A stretch of DNA of 64,000 nt from Cyanophora paradoxa CCMP329 (GCA_004431415.1 QPMI01000691.1:1-64000); one strand, 5' to 3'. Counted from the first letter of the stretch, positions 11,996 to 21,698 are shown. Made by a program: numbers and translations. The notes: generated from the letters alone by a model not told the origin.

Positions 11996-14269
11996 CTAAT
12001 CCTCCTCCTCTTCCAAAAATTCTATCAACAGCCCACAGCTCTTGAAGTAAGCCATCATCTCATCCCACTTGAAGACATAACACTCCCTTCCACAATACTT
12101 GGTAGGCCTCACATATTCCAGTCCAGCCATCTCAATGTAGAACTTCCTTGAGCTGAATTCATTCTTGAATTTATTAATTGTAATGAACTGCTGGAACCAC
12201 TCCCACACCTGTTGCCTGTTCTCAGTCCTTGGTGTATCCTTGGTAATCTTTTGGGTGTCTACCAAATCCTTGGTGAACAAGGCAGTGACAGGAACACTTG
12301 CTTGTTGGGCAAGGTAGTAGCTGTTGGTCATTGGCCTGTCAGCATACCAGTTCACATCTGTGACATCCACCTTGTTTTTCAAGTAAAGGAATACCATGTG
12401 CTGGTTTCTTGGCTCCTTCAGCCAATTACCCAGTGACTTGAAATATTTCATGTCACCCTTTTTCTTGTCACTCACCTCCACAATCACAAACCTTCTATCT
12501 CCAGCCTCCACTTTGATTGGTAGGGTGTTGTTGGTAGTAAATATGATCCTGGCAAAATTCCTCACCTCATGAGAATTGACATACTTAGCCTCAATTACAA
12601 TTTTCTCAGCAGTGATCATGTCCTTGAGGGCATCACTGTTTGTGAAGGTGTCTTTGCCACTTGCCTCATTCACAGTGATAAGTAGTTTGTGCTTTCGCTG
12701 GTGGGCAAAGTTTCCAAATAAGTCCTTCAGTGGGTTGGCTGTGCTGAAAGCCAAGTCCCCACCCAGTATTTCATTTTGAAACCAATCCAATATGATGTTC
12801 TTCCCCACTCCTTGCTTTCCCTTGAAGATGATTGAAATCCCATTCAACTCCCCAGGTCTCTGAATAATGTGGGCAAAGTACTTCAGTATGTAATTGAATG
12901 TAGAAGCATCTTCACCACTGAGAATCATCATGTGGTCAAGGAATGGGCTAACATCTTCCTCAGTTACATCAGGAGGAATATCCATTTCACTCACATCCAT
13001 AAGCTCACCTTTCATACCAGCATAGGCATTAAACACCTTGGCAGTGGTGGAAGCAGATTTTACAGGAGGTGGGAGGAAGTCCAAGTAATCATACCTTGTG
13101 GCAGTCTCATCTTTCGCCCACTTTTTGATGAAGTTATGAGGCTCCATCTTCATAGACATTAGGTCAAACTCTGTGTACTGAATGTGAGGGTATACATCCT
13201 CAGCCAAGCTTTTGAAGCTGGTTGTGTCATACTTCTTGGTATGATCATTCCAAGACAAGACAAACCCAGGCTTCATAATGTGAGCAAGTCTGGCATCCAT
13301 GTAGGGCTTGATCTCCATGTAATCACAGTTGGTAGGAATTGGAGCAGTCTTGTAATCAATGTTGGAAAGGGAAGCTTGACATTCAGGTACATCAAACCCA
13401 CTGGCCATAGGTTTTTCCACAAAAGTCACCCTGTAGCCAGTTTTCCCCTCCACATAATCACTAACCTCTTCCAAAGCACTCAATACTTTGGGGTCTTTCC
13501 TGATCATACATCCATCAAAGACCAAGACATCCACATGGAGCTTAAGAGCACTGAAGTACTCACAAGCAGCCATTAACACCTGATTCTCAAGGTCACATAG
13601 TACCATATTCATGGTGGAACCAAGTACATTGCTTTCTTTCTTGCGCTTAGCAATAGCATAGAAGCGCTGCTTCTCAATCCCACCAATGAATTGATGGACT
13701 TTGGCCATTTCCTCTTTGAGATCACTGAAGTACTTGTGATTGATAAGGAGGCTGGAGAGGTCAGCCCCTTGCCCACCATTGATGACTGCCAGAATGCTGC
13801 GCTTGACATCAGCCTTGGATTTCTGGGTGACCTCACAGAGATCATCAAGAATTTCATCCCTGCTCTGAACATATTTGTTCAGCTGAGGAGTGGCAATTGA
13901 ATGTTTCTCACAATACTGAACAAGCAGGACAGGGTGGCAGTTCACAATGTCAATGTCATAGTAGTAGTCCTTGGAAATGGTGTGGCGAATTTCCCTACAG
14001 ATGCTTTGAAGGCTGGGGGTTTTTCCATCCACAAAGTACCTACCAGTGTTGTGCTTCACCTGCTTATATTTACAGGTGTGGTAGCCCTCATGATCGACGA
14101 TAGAAAGTAATTTCTGGATGATGGCTCTCATTTGGGTCTTGTCAGTTTCAGGGCGAAACTGGAGATTATCAAAGTTCTCCACCACCCATTTGAGGTTACC
14201 TCTGTGGATGCGCTCAGTGAGAATGAAGGTGTTGCCATTGGGGTTGATTGAGCTGAATGAGGGAGCCAT
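11996..14269 (-). CDS. TVpol (PolA-family primase-polymerase) fused to SF3/D5-like helicase
   Basis: PolA-type motifs: GRYF..SLQSICREIR, YDIDIVNCHP (A), K.SILAVINGG (B), LVFDGCMI (C). SF3 motifs: GKQGVGKN, ITVNE, IFTTNN, DRRF. Confidence 0.9.
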   Translation of the reverse strand: MAPSFSSINPNGNTFILTERIHRGNLKWVVENFDNLQFRPETDKTQMRAIIQKLLSIVDHEGYHTCKYKQVKHNTGRYFVDGKTPSLQSICREIRHTISKDYYYDIDIVNCHPVLLVQYCEKHSIATPQLNKYVQSRDEILDDLCEVTQKSKADVKRSILAVINGGQGADLSSLLINHKYFSDLKEEMAKVHQFIGGIEKQRFYAIAKRKKESNVLGSTMNMVLCDLENQVLMAACEYFSALKLHVDVLVFDGCMIRKDPKVLSALEEVSDYVEGKTGYRVTFVEKPMASGFDVPECQASLSNIDYKTAPIPTNCDYMEIKPYMDARLAHIMKPGFVLSWNDHTKKYDTTSFKSLAEDVYPHIQYTEFDLMSMKMEPHNFIKKWAKDETATRYDYLDFLPPPVKSASTTAKVFNAYAGMKGELMDVSEMDIPPDVTEEDVSPFLDHMMILSGEDASTFNYILKYFAHIIQRPGELNGISIIFKGKQGVGKNIILDWFQNEILGGDLAFSTANPLKDLFGNFAHQRKHKLLITVNEASGKDTFTNSDALKDMITAEKIVIEAKYVNSHEVRNFARIIFTTNNTLPIKVEAGDRRFVIVEVSDKKKGDMKYFKSLGNWLKEPRNQHMVFLYLKNKVDVTDVNWYADRPMTNSYYLAQQASVPVTALFTKDLVDTQKITKDTPRTENRQQVWEWFQQFITINKFKNEFSSRKFYIEMAGLEYVRPTKYCGRECYVFKWDEMMAYFKSCGLLIEFLEEEED

Positions 14270-14367
14270 TCTATAATAGGGTGAGATAATTATTTCAGTG
14301 AACTATACCCTTAAGTACTTTTCAGAAAAAGGAGTAACTCCAATCAATTTTTTCGGACCCCCCACCC

Positions 14368-14559
14368 TCATACATAGGGATTTCGCTTCCTTGGCCGCCC
14401 CCTCCGGTCAGGAACAGCCTCTTCAAACAAATACCTGATACACAATAAAGCGCCTGCTCTGTACGTACTAACCCTTACATATTTCTTGTGAAGCTCTCGA
14501 AACTCTGGGTCATTTTGAATCCTGCGTTGGATGTATCTCATTTGCTTTGTGTATGCCAT
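14368..14559 (-). CDS. Small basic AT-hook protein
   Basis: NDPEFRELHKK and RRGRPRK; resembles the product of 9310-9540. Confidence 0.6.
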   Translation of the reverse strand: MAYTKQMRYIQRRIQNDPEFRELHKKYVRVSTYRAGALLCIRYLFEEAVPDRRGRPRKRNPYV

Positions 14560-14754
14560 TGCTTGATGCGTTTCCTCTTATAGTATAGTTGAGATTTCTT
14601 TTTAAGTAGATTTCACTCTTCAAAACGTTGGAGGGATAGCTTACATGCGCGTACTATTTTTTGGGTGGGCACCCAGTTACTCAGCCTCTTCTCAATCTTG
14701 CCACATTGAGTAATCATCTGATTAATCCAATGAACCTCCCCAAATCACAGAAAT

Positions 14755-15111
14755 TTATGTCCCAGAAGCATGTTTAAATAATGAGTTTCTGAGCTCTTTG
14801 CTCTTTTGAACAAAGATATTCTTGACATCACTCCACAAGAGTTTGATAATTGGATTTGACCCTTCACCATACTGCCATGTAGAGGAGTTACCAACCCGAA
14901 AATACCATAGTCCTTGTTTTTTACCTTCAGGGATTCTGTAAAGCACCTTGTGACTAAGAGCCAGACGGGCAACTTCAGCTATTGACTGGTCAGTGCCCTC
15001 CATGATACATCGTGAGACAGCTTGTTTAATAACCTCCTCATTCTTGGATTGGACAGCATCCACTTCAGTGGTGTCAATCGTGAGAATTCGAGCATCCATT
15101 GTGACAATCAT
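14755..15111 (-). CDS. D5 N-terminal-domain-like protein
   Basis: GTDQSIAEV...LY...LWYF...TW pattern resembles D5_N; the 3' end may be frameshifted. Confidence 0.45.
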   Translation of the reverse strand: MIVTMDARILTIDTTEVDAVQSKNEEVIKQAVSRCIMEGTDQSIAEVARLALSHKVLYRIPEGKKQGLWYFRVGNSSTWQYGEGSNPIIKLLWSDVKNIFVQKSKELRNSLFKHASGT

Positions 15112-15216
15112 CTTGATCTCCTTTGAATATAGTAGAGAAAATAATCTTTAAGTAGTAACTATACCAGCACTTAAAGAAATAAAATGTTCCCTATATAGAA
15201 TACAGCCCCCACAACC

Positions 15217-18200
15217 ATGCCCCGCCCCAGCCACTACCAAATTAAGGAGCTCCAGGACAAGATTCTCGGGAATCTGGCCTTCCTCCTTGCGAACCACTCC
15301 ATCAGTGAAAGCGAATATGAATCATACATAAGCCAAACCAACAAGAAGCTCAAGGGGCTTCAAGCTCTCAATCGAGAGCTATTAGGGAAAATTGACGCCC
15401 TTGATGAGACTGATCGCCTTGGCCAAATCCAAGTCGAACAAACAACCACAACTCAAGTCAGAGGAGATGAATACACTACCTTAATAAATGAGCATCGCGC
15501 TCTGAACAATAAATACATCGATTTCACAATCAGAGCTCAGCACCAGATCCTGACCACTCAAGAGTTTATAGACACCTACTCTGAGGAACTCCACACAAGG
15601 CTCCAAGATGCCATCAATTCACAGATGTCGATTAAAACTCGCTTTACATTTGTCTGTCGCTTTTCTAAGGCCAATAATTCGAGAGATTTTATTACCAAGC
15701 ACATTTACAGCACCTATGCTATCATGACAAGATCTCGAATCCTCACAAAAGAGACAGCTAAACTTGCCAAGGAATGCCAGTCGCAAATTAATGTCACAGA
15801 TAGCTACAGATTAGATAGCATCCAAGCCCTCAGGGTCATTGTTCTCTCCTTTAAGCCAATCTCAGGAGGAGCATTTATTCCATTGCCTGAGTGGCTAAAA
15901 AATAAACGCGCCATTGTCAATGTTAATAACAAGGACAATAGGTGCTTTGAATACTCCATCCTGAGCTATATTCACAAGGACGAAGTAAATAGCCACAAGC
16001 GCAATGAGACTTCCCAATACAGGAGGTGGTTCAAAAAAGAACTAAATTTCGAGGGCATTGAGTTTCCTGTGAAGGCGGATGCTGATACTATTGATCTCTT
16101 TGAAAATCTCAATCCAGCAATCTCTGTTAATATTTACGACCCCTCTAATTCTACAGAAGAAATTAATCTACTCCACAACAGCTCCTCAAGGAACAGGAAA
16201 CACCAAGTGGATCTGCTGCTAATTACAGACGAAAATGGTAACAGTCATTATACCACAATATTCAGCATGTCCAGAGTCTTAGCTAAAAATGATAAGCAGC
16301 GACTCCATTTCTGTAAAACCTGTTCCAACCACTTCAAGACTGAGGAGAAGCTTCAATCCCACATTCAAAGCAAACGTTGTGTGGATTGGAAGACAAGTGC
16401 TGGAGAGACCCCAAAACAACCCACATTCATTGAATATGGTCTTAAACATCTCTCAAAGACTGTATTCCTCCCAGTGATTGCCTATTGCTATTTCGATTTT
16501 GAAACAGATCAAGAAGGTATGTTCAAGATCAAATCAATCTCACTGACAGCTCTTCATAATAATAGAGTAGTACTCACTAAAACCCACTCCAGCATCTACG
16601 AGCTTTTATCTACACTCGACAAAGTAGCCCCAGAGCTATTCAAAGCCATATTTACCAACGTCCCAATGTCACTGACCAAAGAGCAGAAACGTACCCATTA
16701 CCTTGCTAAAACCTGCTACATCTGCCAAGGTGATTTCACCCAAGACAATTATAAAGTGAGGGATCATGACCATCAAACAGGCGATTTTGTAGGCACAGCA
16801 TGTCGCAAATGTAATCTCCACAGACGCACCAGCAATCTCACCAAGATTCCCATAGTGACCAATGATCTGTCCCTATCTGGAACGCAGATATTCAAGGCAG
16901 TCGCCTTAAATCCCGAAAAAAGGGTGGAAGTCCTCGCAAAATCGTTTGACAACTACATGTCGATCACCTGGGGCTGTTTCAAATTCATTGACATCAAAAA
17001 CTTTATTGATTATGGCGTCCAGAACGTGGAAGGATTAATGGAAAAGTTCCAGCTTTTCCGCCAGAAATCACACAAAACTTTTGGGATGGACGCTGCCCAC
17101 TATGTCTCAAGTCCAGGGCTTTCGTGGGACAGCATGCTATCGATTACCAAGCCCAAAATCGAACTCCTCTCCAACCTTGATATGTACAACATGGTTGAAG
17201 GCATGATCAGGGGAGGCCTTTCGATTATGAATCATAAATATGCCAAAAAGGAAAGGGACAGACACATTATATATTTGGATGCCAATAACCTATATGGATA
17301 TGCCCTGTCCCAAAAGCTACCCCTCTCGAATTTCCAATGGCACCCAGAACCCTCAAATTACGACCTGTCATCAGCAGAGGGGGCCATCTTAGAAGTTGAC
17401 ATCCATTATCCCCAGCACCTCCATCAACTCCACAAAGAACTGCCTCTTGTCATCAAGAGAACAGAAGATGGGCTACAAGCAGCCTGCCAAGACATATCCA
17501 ACTTTGTGGTGTCGAAACCTTTGCTCCAATTCATGGTAGCACAAGGCTTAAAGGTCACCAAAATCCACAGGGTGCTAACATTTACTGAGGCTGCCTTTAT
17601 GAAGCCCTACGTCGAATCCAATGCCCAAAACCGCAGAGAAGCCGCCTCCAAACCCGAAAAGGACTTCTTTAAGATCATGAACAACAGCCTATTCGGCAAA
17701 ACCATTGAGAAAGTGAGAGGAAGGTCGAATGTCAAGATTGCCACCAACGAAAAGCAATTTATGAAATACGCCAGATCGCCCCTACTCAAAGCAGAAACAA
17801 GACTAAGCGATTCAGCAGTAGCCTTCGAAATGCTACAGAAAGATGTCAAGTTAGATAAGCCCATAGCAATTGGTGCGTTTGTATTGGATCTTGCCAAGCT
17901 GCGCCTATTTGATTATTATTATAACACCATCAAGCGGAAATGGCCAGACTGTAAACTGCTTTTTACTGATACAGATTCGCTTTGCCTTCAAATAAATTCG
18001 AAAACTATAGCAAAAGACCTACAAGACATTGATACCCACCCCACAGAGCTTGGAAAGTTCAAAAATGAGTTTGAGGGCAGAACCATTATTGAATATGCTG
18101 GGGTAAGGCCGAAATGTTACAGCATTAAAACAGATGATGAGGAAATAAAAAAACTGGCAGGTGTTTGTAAGGAGACCATTCAAACAGATCTGTCTTTCCA

Positions 18201-18312
18201 AGATTATAAAGACTATGTGCTCCACCAAAAACCCAAGCAAATCGAAATGACTGTCCAAAAGAAGCTTGAAAATGAGACCTACAATGTGAAGATGTCAAAG
18301 ATTGCTTTCTAA
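15217..18312 (+). CDS. polB: Protein-primed family B DNA polymerase (pPolB) with C2H2 finger and endonuclease VII-like insert
   Basis: FIPLPEWL..K.AIVNV.NKDNRCF; CYIC...VRDHDHQTG...CRKCN; IRGG; YLDANNLYG; KIMNNSLFGKT; TDTDS. Intact 1031 aa. Confidence 0.96.
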   Translation: MPRPSHYQIKELQDKILGNLAFLLANHSISESEYESYISQTNKKLKGLQALNRELLGKIDALDETDRLGQIQVEQTTTTQVRGDEYTTLINEHRALNNKYIDFTIRAQHQILTTQEFIDTYSEELHTRLQDAINSQMSIKTRFTFVCRFSKANNSRDFITKHIYSTYAIMTRSRILTKETAKLAKECQSQINVTDSYRLDSIQALRVIVLSFKPISGGAFIPLPEWLKNKRAIVNVNNKDNRCFEYSILSYIHKDEVNSHKRNETSQYRRWFKKELNFEGIEFPVKADADTIDLFENLNPAISVNIYDPSNSTEEINLLHNSSSRNRKHQVDLLLITDENGNSHYTTIFSMSRVLAKNDKQRLHFCKTCSNHFKTEEKLQSHIQSKRCVDWKTSAGETPKQPTFIEYGLKHLSKTVFLPVIAYCYFDFETDQEGMFKIKSISLTALHNNRVVLTKTHSSIYELLSTLDKVAPELFKAIFTNVPMSLTKEQKRTHYLAKTCYICQGDFTQDNYKVRDHDHQTGDFVGTACRKCNLHRRTSNLTKIPIVTNDLSLSGTQIFKAVALNPEKRVEVLAKSFDNYMSITWGCFKFIDIKNFIDYGVQNVEGLMEKFQLFRQKSHKTFGMDAAHYVSSPGLSWDSMLSITKPKIELLSNLDMYNMVEGMIRGGLSIMNHKYAKKERDRHIIYLDANNLYGYALSQKLPLSNFQWHPEPSNYDLSSAEGAILEVDIHYPQHLHQLHKELPLVIKRTEDGLQAACQDISNFVVSKPLLQFMVAQGLKVTKIHRVLTFTEAAFMKPYVESNAQNRREAASKPEKDFFKIMNNSLFGKTIEKVRGRSNVKIATNEKQFMKYARSPLLKAETRLSDSAVAFEMLQKDVKLDKPIAIGAFVLDLAKLRLFDYYYNTIKRKWPDCKLLFTDTDSLCLQINSKTIAKDLQDIDTHPTELGKFKNEFEGRTIIEYAGVRPKCYSIKTDDEEIKKLAGVCKETIQTDLSFQDYKDYVLHQKPKQIEMTVQKKLENETYNVKMSKIAF

Positions 18313-18323
18313 TCCCAATATAG

Positions 18324-19694
18324 ATGTCATCAAAGATCACACGCAGACAAACAGAGTACGATGTGAGTATATTGCCAATCCCAATCCCTCAAGAGGAGAG
18401 AGGGGGTCGCATTCAGAAAAAGAGTGACCTGAAAGCTTTAGTTCCTGCGGATATCCCAACTGCCATTGCTGTGCCCCACTTGGATCCCTTAGCAAGGACA
18501 TTCTATGACACCAAGGTAGGATTTAAAGGCCTGGCTTCATTGGCCAAAGAGCTTCCAGATGTGCCAAGAAAGACAATCCGTAGATTCTATGATGCCCAAG
18601 AAATCAACCAGATAAATAAACCCCTCCCATCTGCCAAGAAGACTGCCTATATCCCAATAAGACAGCCACTCGACTGCTATGCCATAGACCTAATCTTTTA
18701 TCCCTCATATAGCAAACAGAATCAAGGCTATAACACATTCCTCACAGCTGTAGAAAATACCACAAGGCTCGGCTTTATTATTCCAATGAGGGGAAAGACA
18801 GCAGAAAGCACATTGAACGCATTTAAGGAGCTTGAGCAACAAGTCCCTCGTCCAATTGTGAAGATACAAAGTGATGCTGGGAGCGAATTCCTGAACAAAG
18901 TATTTAAAGACCATTTAGAAGCCCAGATGATTGAGCACCAAGTTTCGCAGGTTGGAGATCACAATAGCCAAGGCCGAATAGAAGCCTTTAATCGCACAAT
19001 AAAGAAGCTAATTAACTCGTATTGTATAGCGAATAATACTGTAAAGTTTTTCGACAAGCTCCAAGATTTTGCCTACAACTACAATAATACCATCCACTCA
19101 GCAACGGGGATGAAACCAGCAGAGACCACAGAGGTACATGTTCCTCTCATACTCGCAAAAGAAAACGAGAAATTCATGAAGTCAATTGAATATCTAAAAG
19201 ACTATCCAGCAGGGAGCCACGTGAGAACTAAAATAGAGAAAAGCCCATTTGCCAAGCAGGGCAATAATTGGAGCCGCGAAATATTCACAATAGAAGGAGT
19301 GGAGGGGTTCAAATTCAAACTAAGGGACATTTCTGGCAAACTAATAGATCGACTTTATGCCCACTACGAATTACAGAAAGTGGAAGCCGTGGAGTTCTTG
19401 GAAGCCCCATCAATTAATGTCATTGAAGAGGCAAAGAAAGAGGCCAGAACAGAGCGACTTTTGGCCAGAGAAGGGATTGAGAGGGCTCCAAATGTGCCAG
19501 ATAAACCATTATTGGAGGACAGAGCAGGGAAGAAGAAGAAACAAGGGAGAGAGTTGGAGAGATTGAGGGTGGCGGGAACAGAGAGATTAGCAGGGGGAGC
19601 AGAGGCAGTAAGGTGGTATAGAGATTTCTCAAATTCAAAGGAGACCTATGAAGCTCCAGCAATTTCCACGAGATCAAGGAGGAGGGCAGGATGA
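18324..19694 (+). CDS. int: Retroviral-like (rve) DDE integrase
   Basis: Catalytic D-D-E in AIDL / QSDAGSEF / RIEAFNRTIK; YNNTIHSATGMKP; Polinton-type C-terminus G..VR...K.PFAK...NWS.EIFTI...Y..ELQKV. Confidence 0.95.
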   Translation: MSSKITRRQTEYDVSILPIPIPQEERGGRIQKKSDLKALVPADIPTAIAVPHLDPLARTFYDTKVGFKGLASLAKELPDVPRKTIRRFYDAQEINQINKPLPSAKKTAYIPIRQPLDCYAIDLIFYPSYSKQNQGYNTFLTAVENTTRLGFIIPMRGKTAESTLNAFKELEQQVPRPIVKIQSDAGSEFLNKVFKDHLEAQMIEHQVSQVGDHNSQGRIEAFNRTIKKLINSYCIANNTVKFFDKLQDFAYNYNNTIHSATGMKPAETTEVHVPLILAKENEKFMKSIEYLKDYPAGSHVRTKIEKSPFAKQGNNWSREIFTIEGVEGFKFKLRDISGKLIDRLYAHYELQKVEAVEFLEAPSINVIEEAKKEARTERLLAREGIERAPNVPDKPLLEDRAGKKKKQGRELERLRVAGTERLAGGAEAVRWYRDFSNSKETYEAPAISTRSRRRAG

Positions 19695-19741
19695 GACATC
19701 TGTTACACATTATTGTTTTTTCTTAGCTATTGGTATTCAAA

Positions 19742-20140
19742 ATGCTTGCCAAAGGTTACCATGTGATGCTCGATTTCCAATTCAGCCAACCAATTAGCGA
19801 CCATGTGGGGCTCTCTAAATGGCTCATGAATGTCAGTGAAGACATCATCAAGAAATATGGAATACAGGTTGTCCACAAACATGCTGAGATTTTTGATGGC
19901 ACCAAATCACCCCCTGGATTTGCCCAAGTATTATTATTAGATGAAAGCCATTGCTCTGCTCATTGCTACAGTGATCAAGGCATGTTGGCAATAGATATAT
20001 TCAGCTGTGGAAAACAGGCAGAAAGGAATACAAGTTTAATTGCTTTTGAGCTGGAGGAGGAGATAAACAAATATGCTGTTGGATTTGGGGCAGTGATCAA
20101 AAAGAGATTACACCATGAGAAGAAGAGATTTGAAGTTTAA
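19742..20140 (+). CDS. speD: S-adenosylmethionine decarboxylase proenzyme, prokaryotic SpeD/SpeH type
   Basis: GYHVMLD...PPGFAQVLLLDESHCSAHCY...AIDIFSCG: the E|SH autocleavage site and DxFxCG motif; about 132 aa. Confidence 0.9.
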   Translation: MLAKGYHVMLDFQFSQPISDHVGLSKWLMNVSEDIIKKYGIQVVHKHAEIFDGTKSPPGFAQVLLLDESHCSAHCYSDQGMLAIDIFSCGKQAERNTSLIAFELEEEINKYAVGFGAVIKKRLHHEKKRFEV

Positions 20141-20164
20141 GAGAGGGGCAGGAGAGGCAAGAGA

Positions 20165-20256
20165 GGCAGGAGAGGCAGGAGGGTTATATGTAAAATCCCA
20201 CACAAGAGGGGATTCCTTAGGAAAGTTTACAAATAACCCTCCTGCCTCTCCTGCCT
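20165..20256. repeat. 30-bp inverted repeat (hairpin) just after the last PLV gene
   Basis: ggcaggagaggcaggagggttatatgtaaa pairs with tttacaaataaccctcctgcctctcctgcc (1 mismatch). Confidence 0.9.
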
Positions 20257-20378
20257 AATTGGTGCCGAATCCAAGCTTCTAATACCCCAGAGGCGGCCAA
20301 CATACTGGTGCCAAAAAGACATGATTAATACCCTAAGACCTGAAATAAATGCTTACTACCCTAGTACCTGAAACGCGC

Positions 20379-20453
20379 ACACATAGGGATACCCCTGATC
20401 CAAGCCTGTAGGCCGAAGGCCGGAGGGCTTGGATCAGGGGTATCCCTATGTGT
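20379..20453. repeat. Perfect 28-bp inverted repeat with an inner GGCC-GAA-GGCC hairpin
   Basis: acacatagggatacccctgatccaagcc (20379-20406) and ggcttggatcaggggtatccctatgtgt (20426-20453). Confidence 0.97.
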
Positions 20454-20777
20454 CAGGTGGGCGGCGGGAGCGAAGAGGCCGACGACGAGAATGGCGGCTG
20501 GACGGAGCGCGGTGAGATGATTCACACCACCATCAACATCAAGATGCCCCGATTCGTCGTCGAGGCCTTTTCGAAGCTCCCGCTCGAGGGGCGCTGGGAC
20601 CTTCAGAGGATACTCGACGAGGGCTTCATGAAGAGCACGAACAATGTGTGCAGGCAGTGCACGCCAAAGACGCCCCGCGCCACCCTCCGCGACTTGATAG
20701 CACACAAGACCCAGGCCGATTTCGACTCAATCACCCTCCCCGTAGTTAGCGAGTTCCTTGCCGAGTACGGGCTGTAG
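20448..20777 (+). CDS. Hypothetical protein (5' end overlaps the hairpin, so possibly truncated)
   Basis: 109-aa GC3-rich ORF containing a CxxC. Confidence 0.45.
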   Translation: MCQVGGGSEEADDENGGWTERGEMIHTTINIKMPRFVVEAFSKLPLEGRWDLQRILDEGFMKSTNNVCRQCTPKTPRATLRDLIAHKTQADFDSITLPVVSEFLAEYGL

Positions 20778-20806
20778 CTTTACGTCTCGATGTTTTCTGA
20801 GTTCTA

Positions 20807-21645
20807 TGCAGGTGATTATGAGTGCCTCTACGGATATCGATTGGGACCAGGTAGCATCCGATCTCGATGCCGTGTTAGATCAGGCAATTGGGGGGGATGA
20901 TGAGGCTTTGCACACGGTCGTTGAAATCCTTCATAGGGCTCTCATCATTGAGCGCCTTCCCCCCGAGCAGCACCTTCCCTTGGTGAACGCTATTCTCTTT
21001 ACGCTGCATCTTCTTAGGGCAGGCGACGAGCCGGTAGACTTCCAGGGCATGCTGCAACAGATAGGTTTGGAGACAATGACGGCAAGGCTCATCAATAGGG
21101 TATGGGAGAAGCTCCTGGAATCAAGGGGCCGCAAAGGGAAGGGGCCTCAGAGGCAGACATGGTGGCAGTGGTTCTGGAGGCAGGCCCCCGAAGGTGGAGC
21201 GAAGACCTCTGAAACCTCCGAGTCGCCGGAGTCCGGCGGCACACCGGGGGGCTCGGGTACGTCAACCGAAGCAGGAGGCAAAAAAGAAGAGAGCGAGAGC
21301 GAGCCCAAGCCTGATCCGGTGGCTGCGGCTAGTACCTCCAAGCCCGAAAGGTTCCTGTACAGGGGGCCCGCAGGGGGGAATCCGGAGCGTCCGCCTCCCC
21401 GGAACCCCCCCAAACCCGATCCGGTCGTTCGCATGCTGGCGGGCCTTCGCAACCGAATCTATTTCCCGCAGCTGCCCGTGCCGTACCCGGGCTACATCGC
21501 CCCCATGGAGCCAATCTACGTCCGCGCACCGGCGGCGCCCCCCATCCCGCTCCTCCCAGGGCTGCAGTACATGCCGCTCGATTCGGACGCGAGCGAACAC
21601 TGGGGGGGCCCTTCCACTTACCCGTGGTCGCCACACGCTTTCTAG
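20807..21645 (+). CDS. Hypothetical protein: helical N-terminus, Pro-rich disordered C-terminus
   Basis: Long intronless ORF collinear with its neighbours; the start codon is uncertain. Confidence 0.55.
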
Positions 21646-21698
21646 CTATCCCGGACCCAGGGAGAATCGATTTATTTGCACCCCCTCCCTTGTGAGCG

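Larger units (their letters stand above)
1..20340. mobile_element. Endogenous Polinton-like virus / Maverick-type element (left end not in window; right boundary approximate)
   Basis: Co-located DJR major capsid, two penton-like genes, A32 ATPase, pPolB, rve integrase and SF3 helicase; intronless, densely packed and much lower GC than the host DNA to the right. Confidence 0.92.
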
